DNA of 64,000 nt from Raillietiella orientalis (GCA_036172245.1 JAYWIR010000025.1:1550001-1614000); one strand, 5' to 3'. Positions 1 to 13,849 are shown, counted from the first letter of the stretch. Notes: generated from the letters alone by a model not told the origin. Made by a program: numbers and translations.

Positions 1-338
1 ATCAAGCCTTACATCACGTAGTGATCATTTGGAGGTTAAATTCTCAAAAGAGTCACCGGACCTTCAGAGGCAGTACGGAGCGCCCAGAAACTCAGTTCTC
101 TTCTTTGTTCGATGCATTTACAAGTGGCGCATGTCTTTTCAACATGGGGACGATGGGTATTCGGAGTCTCTCTCGGATCCTGTTTATTCTGGAGTGAACT
201 GGCGCTGGATGCCAGTTTCGAATTTCGAGTGAATTCGTAATGATTTCGCAGACGCCCATGTCAGGAAGCGACGAGCTCGAGTGCCCAAATTCATCGCTAA
301 GGAAGGAGCGAAAAAATCACACACACGAGTCTCCAATA

Positions 339-692
339 CGGTGAACACCTCGGTACTCGACGGTGTCGGGACTCTGCAAACTCGGTACTCGTCGCATTTT
401 GAAGAGAAAAAAAATGTTTCGACACTCGGCATGCTCGAAACTCGGACATCCTACTCTCAAGATGAAACAAGTGAACGCTTTCGTCTCATGGTAGCTCGCG
501 AACTGTGCCAAAAACACTTCCATGGAGGAAAGTCCCAAATCGTTGCCTTTTTGTGTGTGCTTTCTGTGCATCTTAAGCGTTAATCCTGGATCCTAAAATG
601 CTTTAAAATGATACCACGAAGCCTAGAAAAGAAGTCGTTCGGTACTCGTCGGTTTCGGATCGAATTACCGTCGAGTACCGAGGGTTCCCCTG
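339..692. mobile_element. MITE of Tc1/mariner superfamily (pogo/Tigger-like TIRs)
   Basis: Left end cggtgaacacctcggtactcgacggt follows TA; the right-end reverse complement is caggggaaccctcggtactcgacggt (17-bp perfect core). Internal extra ctcggtactcg-like motifs. Same TIR family as 16820-16901. Confidence 0.75.
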
Positions 693-2723
693 TTCTCATA
701 CAACGACGAATGTGGGAAATTTTGACGAGACATCCAAAAAGCGTGACCAGGAAACTTTGTGAAGATGTTGCAGGTTTTCGAGCGATGGCAGTTTTTACAT
801 TTCTTCCGTGTTTTGCGGCGTCCTTACGAGCGTAGTGCGCGCGTGTTCAGTGGCACAAACTCGCCGTCGGGTAGAAGGGGAGAACGGTCACTGTCACGAA
901 TTGACAGCTGCACGAGGAATCGCATCAAAGAGTTTTCAGCGAGTCACAAGATGGACTAAGAGGACAGATGCATTCTAGATCCTGTCGAAAATTTCGACAT
1001 GCCGGTAGGCTCTGATCAGATTAAGTCTCTGGAGGAAGTTTACCCTAGTTCCGGGATGTGTGCAGCCAAACTTTAATCTCCGCTAAGGCCTGATTTTCTT
1101 GGAAAGTCCTTGCGAGTGTCCTCAGCAGTGCTGAGAATAATGAAGCGCCCCGTGAGGCGGAAGCGAGTGGCACTTGAAAAAGTCTCCTACCAAAAGATTT
1201 CGTCAGGACGAAAGATCACCGCATTTTTTTTTTCCTTCGAAGGTTGGCTTCTCCTTGCGTCCAGATGAATCTCGTGCTTCGTACAGCGCCTGCTGCAACC
1301 GTGGGGTAGTTGAGCTTTTGGGGAATGATCTTTGAGAAGAGGGTTTCCTTAAAAGGAAAGGGGTGCGCGTTTTGGGTCACGTGCGGCTCACTCCGAAAAA
1401 AAGAAAGACGAGACTAGGGAGCACTGCCTCTTTTCCCCCTCTGCAGGTGGATTTCGATCATTTCTTGCTGGCAGTCCACTTGACCTTGGAATACTGACGA
1501 TAGAGATGCCAACTCGGTTCCTCGAGTTGGTATCTCTATCGAGCGTCGGTTCCGCTGCCTTCCCATCGATAACGTTCGAACGAGAATCTTTGCTTCCGTG
1601 GTGTTCAAAATTTTAAGCACCGCCTACACCGCCAGCAGAGGCTCTAGAAGGCTACTAGAAGAAAGGCTGCTCATGGGACCGTCCTGCAAAACGGAGGTCT
1701 GGAAAGGAACACCCTCCTGGAAGGCCGGGTGGTTTCAAATTTTCTATCCATTGCTGCTGAAGATGGTTGGTTGGTTCTCTTGTGATGCTTCTCTGTCCTG
1801 ATTATTAGTTCTTGTGGCATCTCGCTGTTTGTCTGTTACAGTGATACCGCCGAAGAAGCAGTTGCGTGCTTTTGTCACAAAAATCCCGTTTTATTTTTTT
1901 TTTCTGGAATGTTTGCCTGTGAATGTTGCCGATTGCTCCACGTGTTTTTTTGCGTTCTATTGATCTCGATGTGCATTTGGTTCAGGAAACTTCTTTGAAC
2001 GCCACACCTCAAAAGGTTTCGGTTTTTTATGGGATGTTTGCGGGCACTCGGATTTCACCCACGAGCACGCGGATGCTCATTACAGGGCGTCTTCAGAGAT
2101 AACCGTGCTTTCCTTTCCCGTGGGCAGGCCTGAGGTGTACCACCAGCCGAAGAAGCGTAATCTGAGCGTTTCACGATTCTTCCACGCAATTTCTGCGCAA
2201 GAACAAAAATCACACTTGGGTATGCGTTTGTTATCACGTGCAAAAAAGCGTTCGCCTGGGATCGTGGTGCATGCTGCCGAACGGCTCCAGCGTGCGATGC
2301 AGCGCTAAGAACGTGGGCGTGGTTCCAAGCACTGCTTCCGGATGCGATGCTGGTCACATCTCATCTTACGTGCACCAGGCTGGCGTTTACGGATCTCTCT
2401 GCCATGTCAACGTACGGGCGAATGAAATCGGATTTTTGCCTTTTTTTTTTTTTTTCGTCACCCGAGAGAGCTCATTAGAGAGAGTCTTCGTGGAAAACGT
2501 TGGCTCAGTAAAAACTTTGGGAAATCGGTGCCTACAGGTAGGTGGAAGTTCACAGCAGGAGTGGAGGTCTGCATGCATTGAAATTTGTACAGGAATAAGC
2601 CGGAAACCTTGAGCGTTCTGGAAACGGTTCTCCGTGGTACGTGCCTTCAAGCATCCGCGACGTTTGTTCACGGATGCCAGGCAGATTTTTGAGGGTGGCA
2701 CCATGAGATATCGGTTGCGTATT

Positions 2724-3340
2724 TCACGAGCACTCCTTGCATGGATGCGTGGGCCCTAGAAAGTTCCGGAAATCTCCCACGTGGAGGATCGACGCCGAGA
2801 AACGCGGTGCGTTGTGGGTTCCGAGTCCCCTCCGCAGGACGGCGCTTGTTGGCCTGCAGGCTTCGCATGTGACACCGGAAACCGGATGTCCCCGTTGACT
2901 AGTCAAAATTGGAAGTTTACGGGGTCCTTACAGAAATCGAGTAGCGCCGGATTCCTTCGGGGTTCCCTCCCGGTTGTGAAAACGGAAGCCAAAACCATCG
3001 TGTACCATGGAGATGGTTGATGCCCCCTTCGGGAAAGGGGACGCCTCTCCGGAGTGTGAGAAGAATTGCGCTGCTCCCCTTCAGAAGAAAAATTTGGAAG
3101 CACCACTTCCGGGTTCTCTTCAGAGGAGGAAACGAGGAGCGTTTCCCTTCTGGTTTCCCTCCCGAGCATAAGAGGAAAGGACTTGTTCCTCCGGAGAGTT
3201 CCTGGATTCATCGAGCGGTCCTTCCTAATCTGAAGAGTCACACGCACCCTTGGATGGCGCAAGACAGTGTGTTTTAAAGAGTTTTGTGAGCCCCCCTAAG
3301 GAGACGAACGGTTCTTGCGCATCGAACCAAAAAAAGATTA
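2724..3340 (-). mobile_element. Degenerate Tx1/L1-like non-LTR retrotransposon 3' fragment
   Basis: Shares tgaatccaggaa, a GGL-type motif and an HMRSLQAN segment with the copies at 11640, 23400-24720 and 29500-31420; frameshifted. Confidence 0.5.
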
Positions 3341-4001
3341 AGTTCTGAACGCAGAAGATGTGTGTGATGTGCATTACGGATGCGTTTGAGACTGTAGGTC
3401 GTGAAGATACGTGGACCAGTTCTCCAATACTCTACCGCTTTCTGGGTCAGTACTCCCCACCGGGGGGAACTTTAGTTAAGGGGGGTGTAAGGCGGGTAGA
3501 AAATCGCGGAAAACCGGCTTAAGGTCAAGGGTTTTTTCCATTTCTTCCACAAGTAATTTTGATTGGTACAGGGGCTTCAAAGAATCCACATTCTATTGTG
3601 AATTCAAGGAAACACTTCCAAGAGGTGGACTACGCAGCTTCCGTCGCTGTGGTGCAATGTGCACGGATTGCCGCAACGGTAGGCTTCGTTGTACCGCAAT
3701 TGTCCCAGCATCTGTCTCAGCCAGGATTTCACCGTATTTACCATGAGGTCACTTTCGCTATCGATACATTACTGCTAACTAATGTTCATTCGCTTTAGCC
3801 CTTGGGACTCCAATCAATAAAAGCGTGATTCTCTAAATTGCTTACTTCATTACTTGCGGCGAAGTGAAGCAGCAAAGGATGTAAACAAATCGGGTGATCC
3901 TGTTGGGATTGAGATCTGCGATTTTTGGAGCATGTAAGGAAGATGGTGCGGTTTCATGACACCAGTTCTGTGATCAGCAAGCAGACGTCTCTCCATAATT
4001 T

Positions 4002-4002
<1 letters not shown>

Positions 4003-4026
<24 letters not shown>
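4003..4026. repeat. (CT)12 microsatellite
   Basis: Direct read of sequence. Confidence 0.95.
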
Positions 4027-4033
<7 letters not shown>

Positions 4034-4245
4034 CCTTTTCGCCGCGTTCGCACCTGCTCCAAATTTCCCATCCGTTCCCATGGGAACCCGTGAAAAGGAA
4101 ACCGAGAGTTGCGAGAAGTCAGAGCGAAAACGGCTCGCTGTACTTTTTATCTCTCCCATCGACGACCGCTTCTACCGCCAAATGGAATGAGGACAGAAAT
4201 GAAACCCAAAGCTCATACGAAAGCAAATCGAAATGTCCTTTCCAG

Positions 4246-7200
4246 GACGTCATTGAGAACGATGAAGTCGTCGAGGAAATCATTCTTGGCATGGCGTCGC
4301 AGATATCTGAACGTGAGGACACCGTCCTTTGCTCCGACCTGAGAAACAAACTGTTTGGCCCCATGGAATTCTCGAGGCAAGATCTGGGAGCTCTGAACAT
4401 CATGAGGGGGCGAGACAACGGGTTGCCTGGTTACAACGCCGCCAGGAAACTGTTTAAGCTTCCCGCCGTGAAGAGCTTCGAGGAAATAAATCCCATACTG
4501 AACAAGGAGAACCCGGAAATAGTCGAGAAGGTGAAATCCTTATACAAAGGTGAGGGAGTTTTTCGGGAATAACATGCTAGAAAGAAGTTTTTCAGGAAAC
4601 ATCGAAAAGGTCGACCTTTATGTCGGAGGGCTAATGGAAACTGTGGATGGACCTGGTCCATTGTTCAAAGCGATCATCAAAGATCAGTTTCAAAGACTAA
4701 GGGATGCAGACAGATTCTGGTTTGAAAACGTAGATAATGGGTTCGTATCTGTGCCAGTCGTTGAATCACAGGATGAAAAACTGCAGTTCGCACTGAAAGA
4801 GAAAGGAGCTTATGTGATCACAAAAAAAGCGATGCAGAAATGCCTCCTCTCTCTCTCTTATTTCTGTCGCGGCGCGCGCTCCTTATTGCGCGACTTCCCG
4901 TCCAAACCCCAAAATGCACTCCTAAAATGATTCCGAATTTCCAGAATATTCACCCAGGCTGAAATCGAGTACATGCGAAACATCACTCTTTGGGATGTCA
5001 TTGTGAACTCCACAGACATCGAACCGGAGCAGATCCAGAAAAACGTGTTCTTTTGGGTCGACGGAGACCCGTGTCCCCAGCCTGCACAGCTGAACGCAAG
5101 CAACATGGAACCCTGTCGATTTCTTCGGGGATTCGACTACTTCAAGGTGAGCAGCTCCTGGAATTCGCGCCATTCATGGATGATTCCGCAGGGAAGCGAG
5201 GTGTCTTACATTCTATCGTGCATCCTCTTGGTAGCTGTCCCTCTTCTGGTAGCAAGCGCCGGCTACGCCGTCGTAAAACTGCAGAATTCTCGTAGAAGAA
5301 GGCTCAAAACTCTGCAGGAAGAGAACAAAAAAGGAAAGTCCATCGATAAGATGGTTGTGAAAGAGTGGCTGCACCAAAACCACAAGCGTTTGGTCAAAGT
5401 GAAGTTTGGTCCAGATCAAGCCTTCTATACCGTCACTCGCAAAGGCGACAAGCTGAGAAAGATTGACTTCACCGCAGTGGATAAGATTATTATCGAGTCC
5501 TCTGACGACTCAAGGAAAAAACCCATGATTCTAATCCGTGTGCCAAAAGATTATGATCTGGTTCTGGAATTCGATTCTTCGGGAAGCAGGAAAAAATTTC
5601 TCATCAAGCTGGAAAGTTTCCTGTCGGCTTTCAACAAATCTATCGGCATCATCAACAACAACAGGGATAATATGCTTAATAATGCTGAAACGAAAGAAAG
5701 GAGGCAAAAACGCCTGGAGCACTTCTTCAGAGAAGCGTACTCTCTTACATTCGGACTAAAACCTGGAGAGAAGAGGAAGCTGGAGGATGTGACCTCTGAC
5801 ATTATCATGGTAATGCGCACATCTCTGTCAAAGAGCGAATTCGCCAATGCTCTTGGCATGAAACCCGATTCCGTATTTGTTAAGAAGATGTTTAACATTG
5901 TCGACAAAGATGGAGATGGCCGAATTTCGTTCCAAGAATTCCTCGATAATGTCGTTTTGTTTTCTCGCGGAAAGACCGAAGACAAACTGAGGATCATTTT
6001 CGACATGTGCGACGATGACAAAAACAATGTCATCGATAAGAAGGAATTGTCGGAAATGCTAAAGTCTCTGGTGGAAATCGCTAAAACAGCGAAGATGGGT
6101 AACCAAGAAGTAGATGCACTTATAGAAGGCATGTTTAAGTCTGCCGGTCTTGAGCACAAAGAGTGCCTTAGCTACGAAGATTTCAAGCTGATGATGAAAG
6201 AATACAAAGGTGAGTTCGTGGCCATCGGACTGGACTGCAAAGGGGTGAAGCAAAATTTCCTGGACACATCCACGAACGTTGCCAGGTAAAAAACTGCCCA
6301 GCGGGAACGTGGTGATCCTAACCAACTCTTGTTACCTAGATCATCCTCTTTCTTCATATCCAATTTTAACGAAGGCGACAGTAACACCGCAAAGAAGTAC
6401 TGGTACTCGTTGAGCACATTTCTGGAAGAGAACAGGCAGAATATTTTCTATCTTTTGATTTATTACGTCATAACTATCGGGCTCTTCGTCGAGAGATTTC
6501 TGCGTAAAACTCAGCCCTTTTTTGGGGATCTTAAGCAGAATTCCTTATCTTTGTAGATTATGCAATAATGTCAGAACATACCGATCTGCGCCATATAATG
6601 GGTGTAGGCATAGCAATCACTCGAGGATCGGCTGCTTCTCTGTCGTTTTCTTACTCACTTCTGTTGCTAACAGTTTCCCGGAATCTTCTGACGAAGCTTA
6701 AAGAGCTTCCCATTAACCAGTTCATACCTCTGGACTCACACATACAGTTTCATAAAATTGTCGCCTGCACTGCCCTCTTTTTCTCGAGTAAGTTTATCCA
6801 TTTCTGTGATGTCGCTGGATCGGAGAATGATGGTAGCTTGTATCCACAGTGCTGCACACAGTCGGGCACGTAGTCAACTTCTACCACGTCTCTACTCAGT
6901 CCACCGATAATCTGCGCTGCATGACCAAAGAGATGAACTTCCCTTCGGATTTCAAGCCCACCTTCACTTATTGGTTGTACAGCACGCTTACTGGTAATGG
7001 AATGCTAAGCTTCGTGGCTCCTAGACTATCACTTGACCTCTTTCCAGGAGTCACTGGATTGCTGCTTTACATAATCATGTGCATCATTTTCATATTCGCT
7101 CATCCTGTTATCAGGAAGCGAGCGTACAAGTATTTTTGGAAAGCCCACAGCTTATACATCGTGTTCTTCATCCTTTGCAACCTCCACGGTCTAGGAAGGT

Positions 7201-8372
7201 TGACAGGCTCTCCGAGATTTTGGATGTTCTTCGTAGTGCCAGGGATTATATATACCTTGGACAAAGTCATCAGCTTGCGTACTCGTTACATGGAACTGGA
7301 CATTCTTGAATGCACTCTGCTGCCATCTGACGTGACGAAGATCAAATTCTACCGACCCCCAAATTTCAAATACCTTTCTGGACAGTGGATACGATTTGCA
7401 TGCACTGCCTTGCGTCCGATGGAATACCATTCAATCACTTTGACTTCCGCCCCGCATGAGAACTTCTTATCAGTGCACATAAAAGCACAGGGTCCGTGGA
7501 CGTGGAAACTGAGGAACTATTTCGATCCTTGCAATTTCAACGAAGAAAAGCTACCAAAGGTGGTAGTTTGTTACCGCCCTGTTACAACCCAAAATGGAGG
7601 ATTGCACTGCTTTTCTTGTAGGTTCGATTGGAGGGACCATTTGGAGGTGGCAATCAAGACTGGTACAAATTCGAAGTGGCTGTTATGGTAGGGGGTGGCA
7701 TCGGCGTAACTCCTTATGCTTCTATTTTGAATGATCTCGTGTTTGGTACCTCAACCAACAGATATTCTGGAGTCTCCTGTAAAAAAGTAAGAGCGAAAAG
7801 CTGAAAGTGACCACTGTGATAATCTTGCTAAACCCATCGATTTCTAAAGGTTTACTTCCTTTGGATCTGTTCTTCTCACAGGCACTTCGAATGGTTTATC
7901 GATGTGCTGAAAGACGTTGAAAAGAAAGACGTCACAAATGTTTTAGAAATGCACATCTTCATCACACAGTTTTTTCACAAGTTCGATTTAAGAACCACCA
8001 TGCTGGTAATTCGAATGTGTTGCCTCAGGCTTCCTAAGAGCTCATTTTTCTTTTAACTCTTTCCAGTACATTTGCGAAAACCACTTTCAAAAACTGTCTC
8101 AGAGGAGCTTGTTTACAGGCCTGAAAGCCATCAATCACTTCGGGCGTCCAGATCTAGCATCTTTTCTGAAATTCTTGCAAAGAAAACATGGCTATGTAAG
8201 ATGAAAGTCATCAGCTTCAGAGTGTAAAATTTCTGTTTGCGTGCAGGTCAGCAAAATTGGTGTCTTTAGCTGTGGTCCGCGATCACTGACCAAGTACATC
8301 ATGCAGGCATGTGATGAGGTAAACAAGAGCCGAAAGTTACCATATTTCATCCATCACTATGAAAATTTTTGA
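4246..8372 (+). CDS. Duox: Dual oxidase (NADPH oxidase with peroxidase-homology domain), 5'-partial, 12 exons
   Basis: Exons 4246-4549, 4596-4740, 4945-5146, 5192-6285, 6340-6503, 6557-6787, 6850-6993, 7048-7559, 7622-7786, 7850-8005, 8067-8195, 8247-8372. All introns are GT..AG with consistent phases; spliced length 3372 nt, ending HHYENF*. Motifs: peroxidase domain ([47 protein letters not shown]), TM1, EF-hands ([24 protein letters not shown]), ferric-reductase TM region ([25 protein letters not shown]), FAD-binding ([17 protein letters not shown]), NADPH-binding ([25 protein letters not shown]). The N-terminal part is not in the window. Confidence 0.97.
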
Positions 8373-8413
8373 TGAAGATCTGTGTGTTTCGTATGGAAGA
8401 AAAATACATAAAA

Positions 8414-8419
8414 AATAAA
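8414..8419 (+). promoter_or_regulatory. Putative Duox polyadenylation signal
   Basis: AATAAA ~40 nt after the TGA (8370-8372), followed by T/GT-rich sequence (gtatttttgtttcg). Confidence 0.6.
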
Positions 8420-8879
8420 AACGAGTATTTTTGTTTCGCCTTGTATTCAGGAGTGTTGATATTTATGGAGGAAATCAGTGAAATTTAGAAACGCCACCCA
8501 CTGTTAACAGCACGATGGGCAGTCGAAATTTCTTTCATGGCGCCTACCCTTTAAAACCCAGTTGGAAAAAATGGAGCGTCAAGATTTCATTTAGTTAAAA
8601 GTTTTTAACTTACCACGCAGATGGGAGTGCCATTCCATTGGAAAGAGAACTTTTGAGAAACTTTTTATTGAAGTTCTTATCAGCGACTCTCAGATCCTAA
8701 GCAATCCGTGACTTCATCTCTTATAAGACAGCACAGGGTTTCACAGCAATCATTTTTTCCCCAGTGTTTACGCAATCTTTGTAAAGTTTCTGGAAACCGG
8801 ATGTCACCTGTGATGCTGCACACCCCATGAATTTCATCATCCAATTATTCTAGTTGACCAGCAGATCGTAACAGAATAA

Positions 8880-9420
8880 GTCATTCTAACTGACTACAGA
8901 GGCAACGACTCAAAAGTCTTTTTTTTTCTTTGTTTGTTTTGCTTTTCAGAAAACTTTTCGGGATTCCTAAGCAAGTCCACAATTTACGAGTTCCTTGCTT
9001 CGTGCGACGGCAGCCATTACTCTGCAAGGCAATCACACCATGGAGCCTCATCATCAGACTGGTTTGCCAGCTCGTGCATACCAAGGGTGCATACCTCTTC
9101 TCGCTGGTCCGCGTTGTTCCCGTGAGCTGTGAAATCATTCCGGTCGAGAAAGAAACTGAAAAACTCTCTCAACAACTCAATGATCGGTGCTGTCAAAAGT
9201 GGATCGAAGAGTGAGGACGAACTCGTGGAAAGGGAACGAGACGACCCTCCACACGGGCAAATGCCGACAACCGTATTGGAAAAACAGCAAAGAAGAAAAC
9301 CTCCCGATGCCGCCAGTGGACGCTTCGAGAGCAGCGCCTTCAAAAAAGAGGAACATCATCCATCCCCCTGTAGCCGCTGGGATTGCTCTCATTGACTTTC
9401 GCATGCCATGTGAAGCCTTT
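8880..9420 (-). mobile_element. BEL/Pao pol (RNase H region) relic
   Basis: Degenerate echoes of WxDS, NPADxxSRG (ANQSDDEA/RLHGV) and LWWxGPxFL (KLWTCLGIPKSFL) in the expected order. Confidence 0.3.
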
Positions 9421-10779
9421 CCTTTTTTTGCATCTCAACTCCCCGAAAGGGGTGCGCAAGAAGTGTTGCCAGTACAGCTCTCCACGCGTGAGACATCTCT
9501 CCCATCACCACAGGTGAAAAGAGTGCTTGCGAATGAAGTACAGTATTAAAAACCAGGAATTTTTCTCAGCGTTGGAGGATTATAATATAAATTACTATTA
9601 TTGTTAAAAAAAGTAGCGTTTTCTATCATACGGATTGCTTCCCCCCCATACACACACACACATTCGCTTTTGCCTCCTGACGGAATCAATCATGAGGATG
9701 ACCGGATGCTCTTTCTAAGGGAAACCTAGCATTCCTTATTTTCCTTAGCAGATACGAAGATCTGCTCGATGAGCCAAGCATCTGATAAATGTACATTCAG
9801 ATATACATGCATCCATGTGTACGTTTGTTTTCTTCTGCAAGCTTCCGTCAGATGGGAATTGGGATTTAATGAAACTTTTTTTAATTGCACATGCAGCTCT
9901 CTTGAGTAGGATTTGATCCGCAAACTTCCTTCACGGTAAGGATGAAAAGGTAAGGAGGCGGACAGGATTCCACACCTGGAAAACAGGGAACCGATTCACT
10001 ACAGGCCATTCTGATGTCTAGATTGTTCGAGATCGTTTTCGCCAAGGCCAGATGTGCAAAGCAGTGGATCCTGACACTCGATATAAGTAACAAATGCCTA
10101 AGGATAAGCTCTTGTGGATGCGTAAACGTCGAAAGTGCGATCCAGATTTCATTCCTAACGTTTCGTCTCATGAAAAAAAAAAAAGGGGGGCGAAAAAAAA
10201 ATGCTGAAGCAAAAAGCGCGTGGGACCGCTGGTCGCTGGGTCAGACAAAGAGCGAAGCACATGGTCCAGCTTTTAGCACCTCCGCCCACGTCCCCCGGAC
10301 CGCATCGGTTCGCTTTGCGTGTGTTCCATGCTTTTGCAAGAAATCGCCTCCTTTTGTGGTAAACGCACTCCGACACTTCCGCTATTTTTTGCTCCTTCTC
10401 CTACAGCTTTATCACACAAAACTGTTAATGTAAATGGAATCCAGCGAATGGTTTGAAGTACAAAACTTCCGTTTGTTTCCTCCTCTTGCTGATTTCAGTA
10501 ATTTTATAAAATCAGCGCCCATTATCTCTTTAAGACTTCCTCCAAATTACAGAGTAGTATGCAGATGAATCCTGTCAACTGGTTTATCACCGATTTGAGG
10601 CACCTCGTAATTTTTCCTTCCAAGGTGCAATCGATTACAGGGATAAACATTCGCATTCAATTAATCCGGCACCAAGGGTACACGCGACAGATGAGGCCGT
10701 GCTTTTTGACAGCTGCATGCAATTACCCGTGTCAGTGCTCCACGCGGACGGAGCCAGCAGTCCAAGGAAGTTATCTCTG

Positions 10780-11620
10780 ATGCAAAGCCATGAAAGGAAA
10801 AAAATCACCGCGAGACTTTTTTCCTGAGTTCGGAAAGACCGGATGTTCTTGAAGGTGCTGAAATGGAAAACCGTGAAAACAAGTGGATGGCCACCCCGTG
10901 GTGAGACACGAAATTGTCAATCAGCGCTGAAACAAGCACCTCGAAGGCAAAAAGAAAGGTAACGCTCGTGTTTCTGATTAGAAGAACCCGCTCTTAGGAA
11001 CTGGCTGTTCAGTTGAAGGTCTGAGAGCAAAACTGTACATACTCTGATCCATCTTTGGAAGGAATCTTATGGGAGCCGAGGATCTACCTTCAGCTGATGA
11101 GGAAACATCTTAAACTTGTTTGCTTCCTGAAACTTATTTTAGGAGGAATGAAAGTATTCATTTCTCAGACGTGAATTCCAGCTCATCATCTCACTCGTAG
11201 TGATGAAGAACACCTCCCGGTGATGCTCTCACACCCGGTGAATCTCATCGTAGGACGAAAAAGCATGAAGAGGCCAAGTCTCTTGAAATAGAAGAGGAGC
11301 CAATCGCATTCCATACGTGATGATTATGAACTAAAGTACCTTTGTAGAAGTGGGTCCACACTGTCGAACGGCTGCTTGGAAGAATGGGCGCTCTCCGTTC
11401 TCCAGATGCACCACAGCAAGTACCCGTTAGAATTTTCAGATCTCATCACTTTATAAGGGCATGGAACAGAATAGAAATGGAAAAAGAATAAACCCCAAAT
11501 TTCCTTAGCTTGGAAACAGGCCAAAAAGTCCTTAGGGAAACCGCTCTTGATAAAAAGCCTTTGTGCAACAGAAGTATCATCACTATAACATGTCACTATT
11601 CGCTGTTCTCATCGAGTGTC
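10780..11620 (+). mobile_element. BEL/Pao integrase/C-terminal relic
   Basis: Degenerate NSRPL / LTPxHLIxG (HPVNLIVGRK) / WxxEYL-like segments; many stops. Confidence 0.35.
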
Positions 11621-11639
11621 AGTGCAATTCTTCAGGATA

Positions 11640-12460
11640 GGGGGACCCCGGGATAGGAAACCGCCCTATGAATCCAGGAAGGGCTCGGAGTCCGTTCCTC
11701 TCACGATTGGGGAGGGATCCCCTCCATCCGGGGGGGATCGCACCTCCCACCCTGGTTGTCTCTGAAGGGGAATCCCGAAGGGAACGTCCTTCCTCATTCT
11801 CTCCGGAGGGAAACCCCCTAATGGGGGTTAGTCCTCTCCATTTCAACTTCTCCGAAGGGAACCCGGAAAGGATTCGCTAGTAGGAATTTCTCCGGAGGTA
11901 ACCCGCAAGGGAACCGCTCCTGTTCACTCCTCTGAAGAGAACCCGAAGGGACGCTTCCGAAATTCAGAAGGGGCGCTGAGCTTCCCACAGGGAATCGCTC
12001 TCGCTTGCTTCCTTGCACTCCGTAAAGAGGTGACGACTCGTAGGGACCCCCCCAACAGGGGGGATACGCTCCTTTGAACAGCTGGAGAGGTGCCTGTGAA
12101 GGCTTCTGCTCCATCTTGAAACCGGAGGGGTTCCCCCGCTGAGAGGGGTCCGCTCTCCGCTGCACGAGAGGGGGGGGAACTCCCCACTCCTTCATTCCCG
12201 GGAGGACCCGAAGGTCGACTCCCATTGTTCCGGCCTTCATCGGGGGCCTCCGGCTTAATCCACCGCCGGTGCCACGCCCGAATGTCGCGGCCAACCAGCG
12301 CCATTGCAAGAGAAACTCGGAACCCAACGACGCAGTGGCGTCAGTTTCTGCCGCAGTATTCTAACCCGCAACGCATGGTACCAGACGTGGAAACCTTAAC
12401 CACAGGGCCTCCGACGCGGGCTTTGTGGTCGAGAGTCAGGCAACTATGTAGAAAATGGAA
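11640..12460 (+). mobile_element. Degenerate Tx1/L1-like element fragment with internal GGGAA/CCGGAG-rich low-complexity region
   Basis: ccctatgaatccaggaag...ggagtccgttcctct is nearly identical to 30183-30228; repeated gaagggaacc-type motifs. Confidence 0.55.
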
Positions 12461-13849
12461 AGCGCGATATAATGAAACGAAGGATGATTCCTGTGTGAAA
12501 GCATGCCCAATGACCGTGTTCCAAAGGTCTGTTTTGTGAGAGCATTTTGAAATCTGAAAAGAGTTAAGGACCTCTTGATAAAGTTTCTAATTCTGGAGTG
12601 CACCAAAGTTTGGAAGTACGTTCTGGAGTGCTTTCAAAGTGCCATCAGGAAGAGGAGAGGAAGGCACTGATTACTAACCTGATAATCGCTTCCTGAAATT
12701 AGAAAATGATCGCATGTAGACAGAGAGATGTACTTGCAGACCGATTGCAAAGGAACATTCGTCGATTTGGATTCCTGACTTGCGTGTCTTTGAGTGTTCG
12801 GCATTTCAAATAGTATGCGAACCAATCGCACTTGCCTTTCACCTCAAGATACAGCAAATGCAGATAGATAGCTTTGAACTTCCATTGCAAAAGAGTCCTT
12901 TGTTTATTAACGACAAATCAAGAACCTTTACAGATGCATTTTCTCAGAAAAATATTCTGCAGAATCATAAACGGCCTTTGCGGTTTACTTAATGACCTTC
13001 AAAAAATAAAATTGGAATATTCTCTTACAGCTTAATTTGCAACCACCTGGAAATTTCTGGATTAGTCACAAGCACTTGATTTAATCTTTTTCCTGATATT
13101 CATTTTCACATAATTTTGATTCTTCCTTTGGAAAAGGTCACGTGATATATCGATACGCTCCCGGGGTAAATGCCATTTAAGTAACTTTGCTGTGCATTTC
13201 CTGGTATTTTGACGGTCATCCAAATCGTTGCCTGCATGCTTTGAATGCCATTGCACTGATGGTCTTTTGACCATTTGTTTCAACAGTTGGAACAGCATGA
13301 ATTTGGATAAAACAGTACATTTGGCAAATAGGCCTCACTTCTCCCCTTCAAAAGTTCCGGATGGCCAACGCAGTCTGAGGCTGCGCATTACTGTACTGAA
13401 GGTACTGCCAACCTGATTTCAGAACCAACAGGAACTGAGAACTACCTGCGCATGCTATTCTCTGGCGCTCAGTAGACTGGCATGCCTGTTACCTCGCATC
13501 CGTGAGAAGACGAAGGAGACAGGATTTCCCCACTGGAACAGATGGCCTTTCGCTGAAGGTGCGCCAGTAAATTCCCTGCTGTTCGATGCATCACAGTTTC
13601 CATCTTCCCTAGAAGAGAGAAAAAAGGCAAGGCAATGGCAAATGTCGTTGCTTCACACTTCTCCTCATTTGACGGACACAGTGCACTCTTTCTTCACGGG
13701 GTCTTCCGTACAACGAACATCGCCACCGCTGAACGCAGCCTCTCCAAGTGGAATTATCTCTACGGATGTTTTTTGCCTTTCTTGACTAACAAGTAGGCTG
13801 GCAACGCCTAGCAGCAGACCCTTCGGAAGAAGTGGAGATCTCCTCGGTG

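Noticed and set aside
3559..3940. Possible upstream Duox exon (PGFHRIYHEVTF; GDPVGIEICDFW followed by gtaagg)
   Set aside because: Similarity is far weaker than in the true exons, stops intervene, the donor phase does not match the phase-0 acceptor at 4246, and a DPLG-like word suggests a BEL/Pao relic instead.
3476..8556. TTAA-flanked (Kolobok/piggyBac-like) termini bracketing Duox (ttaaggggggtgtaaggcg ... cgcctaccctttaa)
   Set aside because: The two ends match only loosely; insufficient to claim TIRs or gene capture.
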